The notes under the pieces were generated by a model. That model worked only from the letters and a program-made list of their open reading frames with translations, was not told the DNA's origin and made no database searches. Shown here piece by piece: positions 22,262-31,111 of a DNA stretch of 64,000 nucleotides. The position numbers and the translations under genes were made by a program. Origin of the DNA: Thermodesulfobacteriota bacterium (GTDB lineage: Bacteria > Desulfobacterota_D > UBA1144 > Nemesobacterales > UBA2774); NCBI GenBank assembly GCA_963422265.1, contig OY729416.1:160001-224000 (forward strand). The letters are read 5' to 3'. Numbering within the stretch: position 1 is the stretch's first letter; each line of letters begins with the position of its first letter.

Positions 22262-23302
22262 TTAAAACGTGCTTATGTCTCCCTCACATCTTTTTGGACG
22301 GAATATGGCGTCATGGGTTGCAAGCGCGTAGGAGTCTGTCATAGAGGCTATAAAGTCACAGGCCGAGCGCTCTACAGACTCTCCTTCTAAGGACTCTCTA
22401 TCGTATAGCTTCCATAACTCGTTCTGATTCTTGCAAAAATACTCGTATAGTTCCCTTATTACCTTCTTTGCTTTATCAAAATTCTTCTTTATCTTTTCAT
22501 TCATATAAACTGTGCAAAAGAGGTAACGCCTTAATTCTAGCATAGCTTCCTCTATCTCCGCGCTAACTACTATCTTCTTTTCCTCGAGTTTTTTCGTCTC
22601 AAATATTATGTCCGTAACCATCCTGCCAATTCTTTGTGAGTTAGTAATGCCTAGTCTCTCGGTGCAGTTCTTAGGCACGTCCCCTGTAGTGATGATTCCC
22701 GCTCTTATAGCGTCATCTAGGTCATGGTTAGCATAGGCTACCAAATCTGCAATTCTGACGACTTGCCCTTCCATGGTTTCGGGTCGGTATTTAGGGTTAT
22801 CGATGCTTCCCATTCCCTTGGAGTGCTTGGCTATACCGTCTCTTACTTCGTGCGTAAGGTTCAGTCCTTTTTCTAACGTCTCAACTACTCTAAGGCTTTG
22901 TTCCACGTGCTTAAACCCTCCTGGAACTATGTCATTAAGCGTGGCTTCTCCGGCGTGTCCAAAGGGCGTATGTCCAAGGTCGTGCCCTAGTGCTATAGCT
23001 TCCGTAAGGTCTTCGTTTAATCTTAGGGCTTTGGAAATCGTTCTCGCTATTTGCGCAACTTCAATTACGTGCGTGAGTCTGGTTCTGTAGTGATCATTAG
23101 TGGGTGAAAGAAACACTTGGGTTTTATGCTTCATTCTTCTAAAGGCTTTAGAGTGTATGATTCTGTCCCTATCTCTCTGAAAATCTGTGCGGATGTTACA
23201 AGGCTCTTCGGGCTTTAATCTACCTTTGCTCTCAGCGCTCAAAGCCGCAAAAGCCGAGAGGGTATTTCTTTCAACTTCTTCAAGTTGCTTCCTTATGTTC
23301 AA
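22262..23302 (-). CDS. dgt: dGTP triphosphohydrolase-like HD protein
   Basis: [46 protein letters not shown]. Confidence 0.92.
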   Translation of the reverse strand: MNIRKQLEEVERNTLSAFAALSAESKGRLKPEEPCNIRTDFQRDRDRIIHSKAFRRMKHKTQVFLSPTNDHYRTRLTHVIEVAQIARTISKALRLNEDLTEAIALGHDLGHTPFGHAGEATLNDIVPGGFKHVEQSLRVVETLEKGLNLTHEVRDGIAKHSKGMGSIDNPKYRPETMEGQVVRIADLVAYANHDLDDAIRAGIITTGDVPKNCTERLGITNSQRIGRMVTDIIFETKKLEEKKIVVSAEIEEAMLELRRYLFCTVYMNEKIKKNFDKAKKVIRELYEYFCKNQNELWKLYDRESLEGESVERSACDFIASMTDSYALATHDAIFRPKRCEGDISTF

Positions 23303-23321
23303 TTTATTGCTCCCTTATATG

Positions 23322-24080
23322 CTATAACCTTATTGTTACTCCGTTTTCCGCTAAGACCTTTTTTGCCTGCATTATCGTATATTCCCCGTAGTGAAAAATG
23401 GAAGCGGCTAGCACTGCGTCAGCCTCTCCTTCCTTAACCCCTTCGCAGAGGTGCTGGAGGTTTCCCACTCCCCCCGAGGCGATAACTGGTATGGAGACTG
23501 AGCGTGAGACGCTTTTTGTAAGTTCAAGGTCGTATCCTAATTTAGTCCCGTCCCTGTCCATGCTGGTAAGCAGTATTTCCCCAGCGCCGTTTTTCTCCAT
23601 CCTCTGCGCCCATTCTACGGCGTCAATGCCAGTTAGGTTCCTGCCCCCGTGTGTATATACCTCCCATTTGTCATTAGAGGAGCATCTTGCGTCAATTGCG
23701 ACTACTATGCACTGGCTACCGAATTTGTCTCCTGCCTCTTTGATAAATTCAGGTTCTTTAACCGCAGCCGTGTTGATAGATACCTTATCCGCTCCTGCTA
23801 AGAGAAGCTTCCTAACGTCGTTTATACTTCTGATCCCTCCGCCTACGGTAAGGGGAACAAACACCTCGCTAGCAGTCTTTTCCACGACCCCGATCATTGT
23901 TTTCCTCTCTTCGTGAGAAGCTGTAATGTCAAGAAAGCAGACTTCATCAGCCCCCTGCTGGCTATATTGTTTGGCGATCTCGACCGGATCCCCGGCGTCT
24001 CTAAGGTTCACGAAGTTGACCCCCTTAACTACCCTCCCGTCTTTAACGTCTAGGCATGGAATTATTCTTTTTGATAGCAT
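23322..24080 (-). CDS. hisF: Imidazole glycerol phosphate synthase cyclase subunit
   Basis: [33 protein letters not shown]. Confidence 0.98.
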   Translation of the reverse strand: MLSKRIIPCLDVKDGRVVKGVNFVNLRDAGDPVEIAKQYSQQGADEVCFLDITASHEERKTMIGVVEKTASEVFVPLTVGGGIRSINDVRKLLLAGADKVSINTAAVKEPEFIKEAGDKFGSQCIVVAIDARCSSNDKWEVYTHGGRNLTGIDAVEWAQRMEKNGAGEILLTSMDRDGTKLGYDLELTKSVSRSVSIPVIASGGVGNLQHLCEGVKEGEADAVLAASIFHYGEYTIMQAKKVLAENGVTIRL

Positions 24081-24803
24081 TTATCCATACCATTTTACCG
24101 CTTTTTTGAGGTCAATTGATCCAGTGTATATCGATTTGCCTAGAATCACCCCGTATAGGCTGAGGGTTTCAATGGTCGATAGTTTATCAAGGTCGTCCAT
24201 CGTAGCTATACCGCCAGATGCTATTACTGGAATTGGGGATAGTCTTATAAAATTTTTTACTGATTCAAGATTTACCCCTTCCATTGTACCGTCTCTATCT
24301 ACGTTAGTATGTAGGATGACTGAAACCCCGGCGTTTTTTAGGTCTTTGAGCACTTCAGACTTATCTACGTCTAATGTTTCTCTCCATCCCTTTACCGCTA
24401 TTTTTCCGTTCTTAGTATCTATGCCTACAGCGACCTTGCTGGGAAATTCGTCACAAGCCCGCTTTAGAAAATCTTGATCGCTGAATGCGGCGGTGCCTAT
24501 AATAACTCTTCCCACTCCCTTATTTATATACGTTCTTACGGTTTCAACGTTTCTTATTCCTCCCCCGACCTGAACCGAGCAAGAAACGGAGTTTATAATT
24601 TCTGTTACTAAGTCTAAGTTCTTAGGTTCTCCTGTGAATGCGCCATCAAGGTCAACTACGTGTATCCAACTAGCACCGCAAGATTCCCATTTTTTGGCAG
24701 TTTCTATCAGGTCTTCTGAAAATACGATTTCGGTTCCCTCTTCGCCTCTTAACAACCTTACGCATTTCCCATTTTTTATATCTATTGCCGGGATTATTAG
24801 CAT
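24081..24803 (-). CDS. hisA: ProFAR isomerase
   Basis: [38 protein letters not shown]. Confidence 0.97.
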   Translation of the reverse strand: MLIIPAIDIKNGKCVRLLRGEEGTEIVFSEDLIETAKKWESCGASWIHVVDLDGAFTGEPKNLDLVTEIINSVSCSVQVGGGIRNVETVRTYINKGVGRVIIGTAAFSDQDFLKRACDEFPSKVAVGIDTKNGKIAVKGWRETLDVDKSEVLKDLKNAGVSVILHTNVDRDGTMEGVNLESVKNFIRLSPIPVIASGGIATMDDLDKLSTIETLSLYGVILGKSIYTGSIDLKKAVKWYG

Positions 24804-24858
24804 CTAGTTTTCCAATAAAGAATTCGTTAAACCACTTCGGATGACTGAAACGGTCAAC

Positions 24859-24886
24859 AGAACCTTTACTTAAGAACCTTTACTTA
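24859..24886. repeat. Tandem duplication, 2 x 14 bp (AGAACCTTTACTTA)
   Basis: Perfect adjacent copies upstream of hisA. Confidence 0.9.
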
Positions 24887-25081
24887 TGATTAAAATTATG
24901 TGTTTCTAACAAATTAGGAAAGTTAGTTTTGTATAGCTGGTTTTTGATTGTAAAAGATATTCTAACACGTAATTGTTTACGAGTCTATCTATTTATGTAG
25001 CTTAGCTAGACACTTTCCTATCTATAACCGCTCACTTCACGATTTGAATTTTCAATTGTTTTAATTCAACATAGTGAGTAT

Positions 25082-25489
25082 ATGAACTTTTGGCTCGTTA
25101 AATCAGAACCATTTAAGTACTCATGGGACGACCTAGTTAAAGATGGTTGGACGTATTGGGACGGGGTCAGAAACTATCAGGCGAGAAATAATCTTAAAGC
25201 TATGAAAAAAGGAGACTTTGTTCTCTATTATCACAGCAATAAAGGCTTAGAGATTGTCGGCGTTGCTAAGGTAGCAAGAGAGTCTTACCAAGATCCCACG
25301 ACTGAGGATGACAGATGGGTAGTAGTTGATTTAGAGCCAGTTCATGCCCTTGATCATCCTGTATCGTTATCACAAATAAAAAGCAATAGGCATCTTAAAG
25401 ACGTTGCTCTTATAAAGCAAAGCCGCCTCTCTGTGATGCCCATCACTAAGAAGGAATATGACGTCATAATGAAAGAAGGAATGAAATGA
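25082..25489 (+). CDS. EVE domain protein
   Basis: WLVKSEP, WDGVRNYQARN, YHS, SRLSV. Confidence 0.93.
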   Translation: MNFWLVKSEPFKYSWDDLVKDGWTYWDGVRNYQARNNLKAMKKGDFVLYYHSNKGLEIVGVAKVARESYQDPTTEDDRWVVVDLEPVHALDHPVSLSQIKSNRHLKDVALIKQSRLSVMPITKKEYDVIMKEGMK

Positions 25490-25538
25490 AACTAGGTCAC
25501 TTTGCAAAGCAAAGCCTTCAAACCGTCGTGCTTTAGAT

Positions 25539-26495
25539 ATGTCGCTATCATCCGAGGAAAACAGTCTGATAGATAGAATGCTTAGGGGGGACCGTGCGGC
25601 GCTTGCGCGTCTTATAACGTTTGCGGAGACCCGCCGTGATTCTCTTCCCCATATTTTGAAGCTCTTAAAGGTTAAGCGGGGTGCTCGTGCCTATGTAGTT
25701 GGTCTAACTGGTCCCCCAGGAGCTGGTAAGAGCACCTTGACTAATAGGATGATAGAGTGCTACAGGAAGTCAGGCAAGAGGATCGGCGTTATAGCGATTG
25801 ATCCCTCAAGCCCATTCAGCGGCGGGGCGATTTTAGGCGATAGGGTCCGTATGCAGGATCATTCAATGGATGATAGGGTGTTTATAAGAAGCATAAGCAG
25901 CGGTGGAGCGCACGGGGGGATTTCAAGGGCTACAAAGGAGATAATAAAGCTTTACGACGCGTTTGGCATGGATTACGTCATTATTGAAACCGTAGGCGTA
26001 GGGCAGACTGAGCTTGACGTCGTAGAGCTAGCTGATACGGTAGTAGTAGTGCTAGTTCCAGAGGCTGGGGATTCTATTCAAACAATGAAGGCGGGGCTTA
26101 TGGAGATAGCCGATATCTTCGTCGTAAATAAAGCGGATAGGGATGGGGCTAAGGTTCTGTTGGCTGAGTTGATTGATACGATTTCAACAAGAGCGATCGA
26201 TTCTGATTGGAAAACTCCAGTTATGCTTACGAGCGCGGCGCAGGATCAAGGCGTTGAGGTTTTAATGCGTAGCGTTGAAGCGCATCTCGAATACCAGGAA
26301 GAACGTGGCTCTCTTGAGCGAAAAAGAGAGAAAAGAAGAGAAGAAGAATTTTCACAGATAGTCCATGAGTTGCTGGAGCGAGAAATTTCTGAGAAGCTGA
26401 AGAGTGAAGAGTTCAAGAAGATTTATAATTCGGTTAAGATGGGTGAGCGTGATCCTTATGAAGCAGCCCGCAAGTTAGTCTCAAAGATTATTTAG
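25539..26495 (+). CDS. meaB: Methylmalonyl-CoA mutase-associated GTPase MeaB/ArgK
   Basis: GPPGAGKST, DPSSPFSGGAILGDRVRM, ETVGVGQ, NKAD. Confidence 0.93.
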   Translation: MSLSSEENSLIDRMLRGDRAALARLITFAETRRDSLPHILKLLKVKRGARAYVVGLTGPPGAGKSTLTNRMIECYRKSGKRIGVIAIDPSSPFSGGAILGDRVRMQDHSMDDRVFIRSISSGGAHGGISRATKEIIKLYDAFGMDYVIIETVGVGQTELDVVELADTVVVVLVPEAGDSIQTMKAGLMEIADIFVVNKADRDGAKVLLAELIDTISTRAIDSDWKTPVMLTSAAQDQGVEVLMRSVEAHLEYQEERGSLERKREKRREEEFSQIVHELLEREISEKLKSEEFKKIYNSVKMGERDPYEAARKLVSKII

Positions 26496-26531
26496 GTAAC
26501 AATAAGTAGGTATGTTAGTCGGTTATTTTCT

Positions 26532-27203
26532 ATGAAGGCTCTTATCGATTCTGATTCTAAGGCGGATGATAGCGAAAGATATGAGGCAATGCGCCGGAAA
26601 ATGGTAGAAGATCAGATAATACGTCGGGGAATACGGAACAATAGGGTTATTCAGGCAATGTTACAGGTTCCTAGGCACGCCTTCGCTCCACTGGAATTAA
26701 AGGAATCTTCATATAACGATAACCCTATACCTATAGATTCTGGGCAAACGATTTCACAGCCCTACATAGTAGCGCTTATGACGGAGTTGCTAAATCCGGA
26801 GCCGAGGGCGAAGATTCTCGAAATAGGAACAGGTTCTGGATACCAGACGGCGGTTCTTAGAGAAACTGGGTGTGAATTGTGGACAATCGAGATTCTTAAG
26901 GAGTTGGCGCTCAAGGCGCAAAGTTTACTGCAGAAACTGGGTTGTGATCATATTGAGTATAAAATCGGGGACGGGTATATGGGGTGGGGTGAATATGCTC
27001 CCTACGATGGAATAATAGTAACAGCGGCTCCTAAACGTATTCCTCACAAACTTGTGGAACAACTGAAAGAGGGCTGCAAAATGGTTATTCCTGTGGGCTA
27101 CGTTAATCAGGAGCTTGTTCTGTTAGAAAAGTTGAGGGATGAGGTAATAACCAAAAGGGTTACTTCGGTTAAGTTTGTTCCTATGACTGATGATAGAGCA
27201 TAG
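26532..27203 (+). CDS. pcm: Protein-L-isoaspartate O-methyltransferase
   Basis: GQTISQPYIVA, LEIGTGSGYQ, APYDGIIVTAA. Confidence 0.95.
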   Translation: MKALIDSDSKADDSERYEAMRRKMVEDQIIRRGIRNNRVIQAMLQVPRHAFAPLELKESSYNDNPIPIDSGQTISQPYIVALMTELLNPEPRAKILEIGTGSGYQTAVLRETGCELWTIEILKELALKAQSLLQKLGCDHIEYKIGDGYMGWGEYAPYDGIIVTAAPKRIPHKLVEQLKEGCKMVIPVGYVNQELVLLEKLRDEVITKRVTSVKFVPMTDDRA

Positions 27204-27280
27204 TCCACCTATAAATCCGTCAGGCTTTTATAAGGGCGACTTATAGTCTATATTAAACTGCAACGTCAATTCACGCTTAA

Positions 27281-28798
27281 ATGAGTTTTATGCCTAACCT
27301 AATACTGATAAACGTAACTTATAATGAGACCAGAGTCGCCGTGATGGAGAATGGGTCAGTCGCAGAGCTTTATATTGAGAGAAAATCTACGCCAAGGATG
27401 GTCGGGAACGTTTATCAAGGGGTAGTAACTAAGGTTATGCCGGGAATGCAGGCTGCTTTCGTTGATATAGGACGTGGAAAATCCGGGTTTATATCTGTGG
27501 AAGACGTGCGGGAAGAATCTATTTATGAGTTCTTCTTTGATGAAGAAGGGACGACGTTGCCGAGTCCCATCGGGGAACGGAATGGTGGAAAGGATCACAG
27601 CCTAATTCAGGACGTGTTAAAGGAGGGGCGTCGCGTCATTGTTCAGGCGCTAAAAGAACCCGTTGGAGGGAAGGGGTCAAAGCTCTCATCCTATATAGCC
27701 ATTCCGGGCAAATATCTAGTGTTGCTTGGAAACGTGGATATGGTGGGCGTATCGAGGAAGATCGAGGAAGTTGAAGAAAGAGAACGTCTCAAAACGTCTA
27801 TAAAAGGGGTCAAGCCTAAAGGCATGGGGCTCATCGCTAGAACGGTTAGCGTGGGAGTATCTGAAGAAGAGCTTAACAAGGATATGAGCATGCTTATTCA
27901 AATCTGGAATGATATCAAAAAGAAGAGTAATGGACAAAGGGGGACGGCGTTACTTTACAAAGAGCCTAAGCTTTATATAAAGGCGGTGAGGGACTTTGTC
28001 TCAAAGGATACAAGCGCCGTTCTGGTGGACTCAGAGGTCGTCTATGGGGAGATTACGGATTATTTGAGTCATGCTTCTCCCAATTCCAGTGGCGTAAATG
28101 TCGAACTGTATAAGAAAACCAAACCTATTTTTTCTGAGTTCGGCGTTGAGGACGAGATAAAAAGGGTTTTTCAAAAGAAAGTATGGTTAAAATCGGGCGG
28201 TTATATAATTATAGAAGAGGCGGAGGGGTTAACGGTAGTGGACGTTAATACGGGCAGGTATGATAGCGGCAAGAATCAGGAGGAGACTATTTATCATATT
28301 AACGTTGAGGCTGCTTCAGAGATTGTCAGGCAAATAAGGCTTAGGAACCTTGTAGGCATTGTGGTGATAGATTTTATTGACGTAAGGAGCAAGGAGCTCA
28401 GGGATAGTATTTACGAGGCGTTTGTCGAAGCCTTGAAAAAGGACAGGGCTAAGTCAGTAGTGCTTGAGATGTCGCCTTATGGAGTCATTCAGTTGACGCG
28501 TCAGCGGTTGAGAGAAAGCCTTTTATCGGAACTCGCTGAACCTTGCTATCTTTGCAAAGGGGCTGGGTATCTGAAATCTAGGCACACGGTAGCTTATGAG
28601 ATTATTAGAGACGTTAAAGCGCATTTGGCGGATTCTTCCGTCCAAAAGCTAACTATACACGCAACCCCAACCGTGCTTAAAGCTATAAGAGAGCCTGAGC
28701 AAGATAACGTGGAGAGGCTTGAGCAGGAGCACAAAATTCAGATTGCCTATAAAGAAATGGATTCAAGGATTGAAAAATATCAGATAGTTACGGAGTAG
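27281..28798 (+). CDS. rng: Ribonuclease G (Rne/Rng family)
   Basis: GNVYQG.V.KVMPGMQAAFVDIG, VDVNTG, LRNL.GIVVIDFID, CYLCKG.G. Confidence 0.93.
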   Translation: MSFMPNLILINVTYNETRVAVMENGSVAELYIERKSTPRMVGNVYQGVVTKVMPGMQAAFVDIGRGKSGFISVEDVREESIYEFFFDEEGTTLPSPIGERNGGKDHSLIQDVLKEGRRVIVQALKEPVGGKGSKLSSYIAIPGKYLVLLGNVDMVGVSRKIEEVEERERLKTSIKGVKPKGMGLIARTVSVGVSEEELNKDMSMLIQIWNDIKKKSNGQRGTALLYKEPKLYIKAVRDFVSKDTSAVLVDSEVVYGEITDYLSHASPNSSGVNVELYKKTKPIFSEFGVEDEIKRVFQKKVWLKSGGYIIIEEAEGLTVVDVNTGRYDSGKNQEETIYHINVEAASEIVRQIRLRNLVGIVVIDFIDVRSKELRDSIYEAFVEALKKDRAKSVVLEMSPYGVIQLTRQRLRESLLSELAEPCYLCKGAGYLKSRHTVAYEIIRDVKAHLADSSVQKLTIHATPTVLKAIREPEQDNVERLEQEHKIQIAYKEMDSRIEKYQIVTE

Positions 28799-28854
28799 CT
28801 TACGCAAGGGAGGGCTATATCCCCCCCCTAATTCGTCAAGCGAGATAATTCATA

Positions 28855-29295
28855 ATGAGTCGGGAGTCCCTAGAAGTTTTATATCACGTCGCAATTGCGG
28901 TTAACAACATAGAAGAAGTTGAAAAAACCTATGAGGCTGCGCTTGGATTAGAGGTTCAACATCGAGAAACTATAGAGGATCAGGGCGTTAAAACGTCTAT
29001 GCTATTGCCCAAGAAAGGCGGGACCGCAATTGAGCTTCTTGAACCTCTAAATGAGAATTCGCCTATATCAAAATTTTTGCGTAAGCGGGGTGAAGGCATA
29101 CACCATATTTGTTTTCTTGTAACCGACGTCAAAGCTGCGCTTGAAAGACTCAAGAATAAAGGGGTTAGGTTAATAGATGAGGAGCCTCGTAAGGGAGCTT
29201 ATAGTTCCAAGGTCGCCTTTATTCATCCGAAAGATACAAACGGCGTTCTGATAGAACTTGCCGAGCGGAACTCTGAAGCGCTCCCTGGCAGCTAA
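28855..29295 (+). CDS. mce: Methylmalonyl-CoA epimerase
   Basis: HVAIAV, IELLEP, RGEGIHHI, FIHPK.TNGVLIEL. Confidence 0.92.
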   Translation: MSRESLEVLYHVAIAVNNIEEVEKTYEAALGLEVQHRETIEDQGVKTSMLLPKKGGTAIELLEPLNENSPISKFLRKRGEGIHHICFLVTDVKAALERLKNKGVRLIDEEPRKGAYSSKVAFIHPKDTNGVLIELAERNSEALPGS

Positions 29296-29299
29296 ACGC

Positions 29300-29782
29300 T
29301 TAGGGGGGCAACCCTTTTCTGCTTAAATTTGTCCCCGCCTTCGATCGAAATGACGGTGGAAATAGTCATTTACTCCTCATTCTCGACTTGATTAGAGGCC
29401 TAGCCTTGTAGGCGCGTGGGGAGTGAATTCCATTCTCCGTCATTCCTGTCCTCGAGTGAGAATCCGAAAGGTGAAACAGGGAACGAGGATATTCCTTACA
29501 TGTATTTCCCCTTTAGGAAAGGGGGGTATGGGGGGATTTGTTCTTTAATCCTTTATATTCACAGCCCATCATTTCATCCCAAAAATCTATGTTCCTGCCT
29601 CCTAGCAGGGAACAGTTCAGGCTTTCTTTTCCCCTCTCCTAGAGGGAGAGGGATGCAGGGTGAGGGTGCTTTTGTCATTCCCGCCCCCGAGTGGGAATCC
29701 AGAAAGGGGATCGGGGGACGAGTATCCCTTCCTTATTTCCCATCCCATTCCTTACTAGATTCCTGCTTCAGTAGGAATGACG
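29300..29782. repeat. Mosaic of REP-like palindromic elements
   Basis: GTCATTCC..GAATC palindromes at 29439-29465, 29674-29702 and 29755-29782 (minus); CCCCTTTAG..AAAGGGGG..GGGGGATTT at 29507-29547; CCCTCTCC..GGGAGAGGG..GGGTGAGGG at 29631-29666. Confidence 0.8.
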
Positions 29783-30173
29783 AAAGGGAAACGCGGAGTT
29801 TTTCTAAAACCCAAATCTTTCTCTTTGTCCATCTTCCCCAAGATGGATTGAGCAAAATATAGTTCCCGTTGAATTTATTACCCTCAGCTCTGAGCAGAAT
29901 CTTTATCTTATTTTTAGTTTCTAACTGAAACTGCCCTTCATCCCAGATTGTATAGTCGCCTTCATTGTTGATGCTATTACTTATAATATCTGTTTCTTTA
30001 TCCCGGCAGGCATTACTTTGTTGAACGGCAAGCCTTCTTTGACCCGTTAGCTCTGGAATCCCATTGTATATATTCCATGACCTTGTTTGATTCTCAGGGT
30101 AGTGGAGCATTAGGCTATAGTAAAAACAGGGTGTGTTATGCTTTCGCACCTCAAACCTAAAGGTTTCTCTCAT
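29733..30173 (-). CDS. Stand-alone LigD 3'-phosphoesterase (LigD_N)-like protein, apparently catalytically degenerate
   Basis: FEVRKH...SW....GIP...RRLAVQ...IWDEG...GNKFNGNYIL skeleton of the LigD PE domain; overlaps the coaX stop. Confidence 0.65.
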   Translation of the reverse strand: MRETFRFEVRKHNTPCFYYSLMLHYPENQTRSWNIYNGIPELTGQRRLAVQQSNACRDKETDIISNSINNEGDYTIWDEGQFQLETKNKIKILLRAEGNKFNGNYILLNPSWGRWTKRKIWVLEKLRVSLSSFLLKQESSKEWDGK

Positions 30174-30930
30174 GTATAAGCCTTAATCCTCTTAGGGTCA
30201 AAAACTCGTCCGCGCATTCAATCGTCTTACTTTCGGATGCAATGAATTTTGCAATACCCCCAGTGGAGATGACGCCAGCGACTGAACCCATTTCAGTTTT
30301 GATTTTCTCTACTATGCTATCGACCAAGCCTGCGTATCCGTGCACTAATCCAGATTGAATGCTTTCAACTGTGCTCTTTCCTATTACGTTTGGCGGTTTG
30401 CGAATTTCCACTCTTGGCAAATTAGACGCTTCCTGATATAAGGCTTCTGCTGAAATTATGAGCCCGGGTGTGATTACGCCCCCTAGGTATTCCCCTTTCT
30501 CTGATATACAGTCAAACGTTGTGGCGGTGCCAAAATCTACTACTATTACTCCCCCCCCTTTTCCTCTTTGTCTCTCAAATGCAGCGACGCCGTTTACGAT
30601 CCTGTCAGCTCCTACTTCCTTGGGATTGTGGTATAGAACGGGCATGCCCGTTTTAACGCCGGGAGCAATGATTAGGGGACGGGCATAGAAATAATTTTCT
30701 ATTGCCTCTGAAATAGTGGCGAGCATTGTAGGAACCACGCATGAAACGGCTGCTCCTTCTACGGATTTAACGTCAATCTCTTTGTTATTGAGTAAGTGCC
30801 TAAACAAAATGCCAAATTCATCAGAAGTCTTGGATTTATCCGTCCCTATTCTCCAGTGAGACTTAATATCTTCGCCTTCAAACAAGCCGAAAACAATGTT
30901 AGTATTTCCGATATCTACGGCTAACAGCAT
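30157..30930 (-). CDS. coaX: Type III pantothenate kinase
   Basis: LAVDIGNTN, VGADRI, VDFGTATTFD, GGVITPG, TGG; ATG at 30930 after GGAGG (ORF track 30984). Confidence 0.95.
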   Translation of the reverse strand: MLLAVDIGNTNIVFGLFEGEDIKSHWRIGTDKSKTSDEFGILFRHLLNNKEIDVKSVEGAAVSCVVPTMLATISEAIENYFYARPLIIAPGVKTGMPVLYHNPKEVGADRIVNGVAAFERQRGKGGGVIVVDFGTATTFDCISEKGEYLGGVITPGLIISAEALYQEASNLPRVEIRKPPNVIGKSTVESIQSGLVHGYAGLVDSIVEKIKTEMGSVAGVISTGGIAKFIASESKTIECADEFLTLRGLRLIHERNL

Positions 30931-31111
30931 GCTCCCTCCCCTTTTTGTATTATGCGCTTTAATTAGATAAGATGAGTTCCACAAGCCCTTCAGCCTTAAT
31001 GCTTAGTGACCTTGATAAACTGACGCGAAGTTAGCTGATCTTACCTAAATATCTCTCCCTTCTCAATGTTCGTTCACTTGGCTGTGAGTATGAGAAAAGG
31101 ATGGAATAATA

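Noticed and set aside
22262-23302. Anti-phage dGTPase
   Set aside because: Short housekeeping-type enzyme within the hisA-hisF-mqn gene run with host-like composition
25082-25489. EVE domain as part of a modification-dependent restriction system
   Set aside because: Stand-alone classical EVE protein among housekeeping genes, with no nuclease partner
29416-29862. 148-aa plus-strand ORF
   Set aside because: It is a read-through of REP palindromes (PSPRGRG, VIPAPEWES, LDSCFSRND) and is partly antisense to the LigD-like gene
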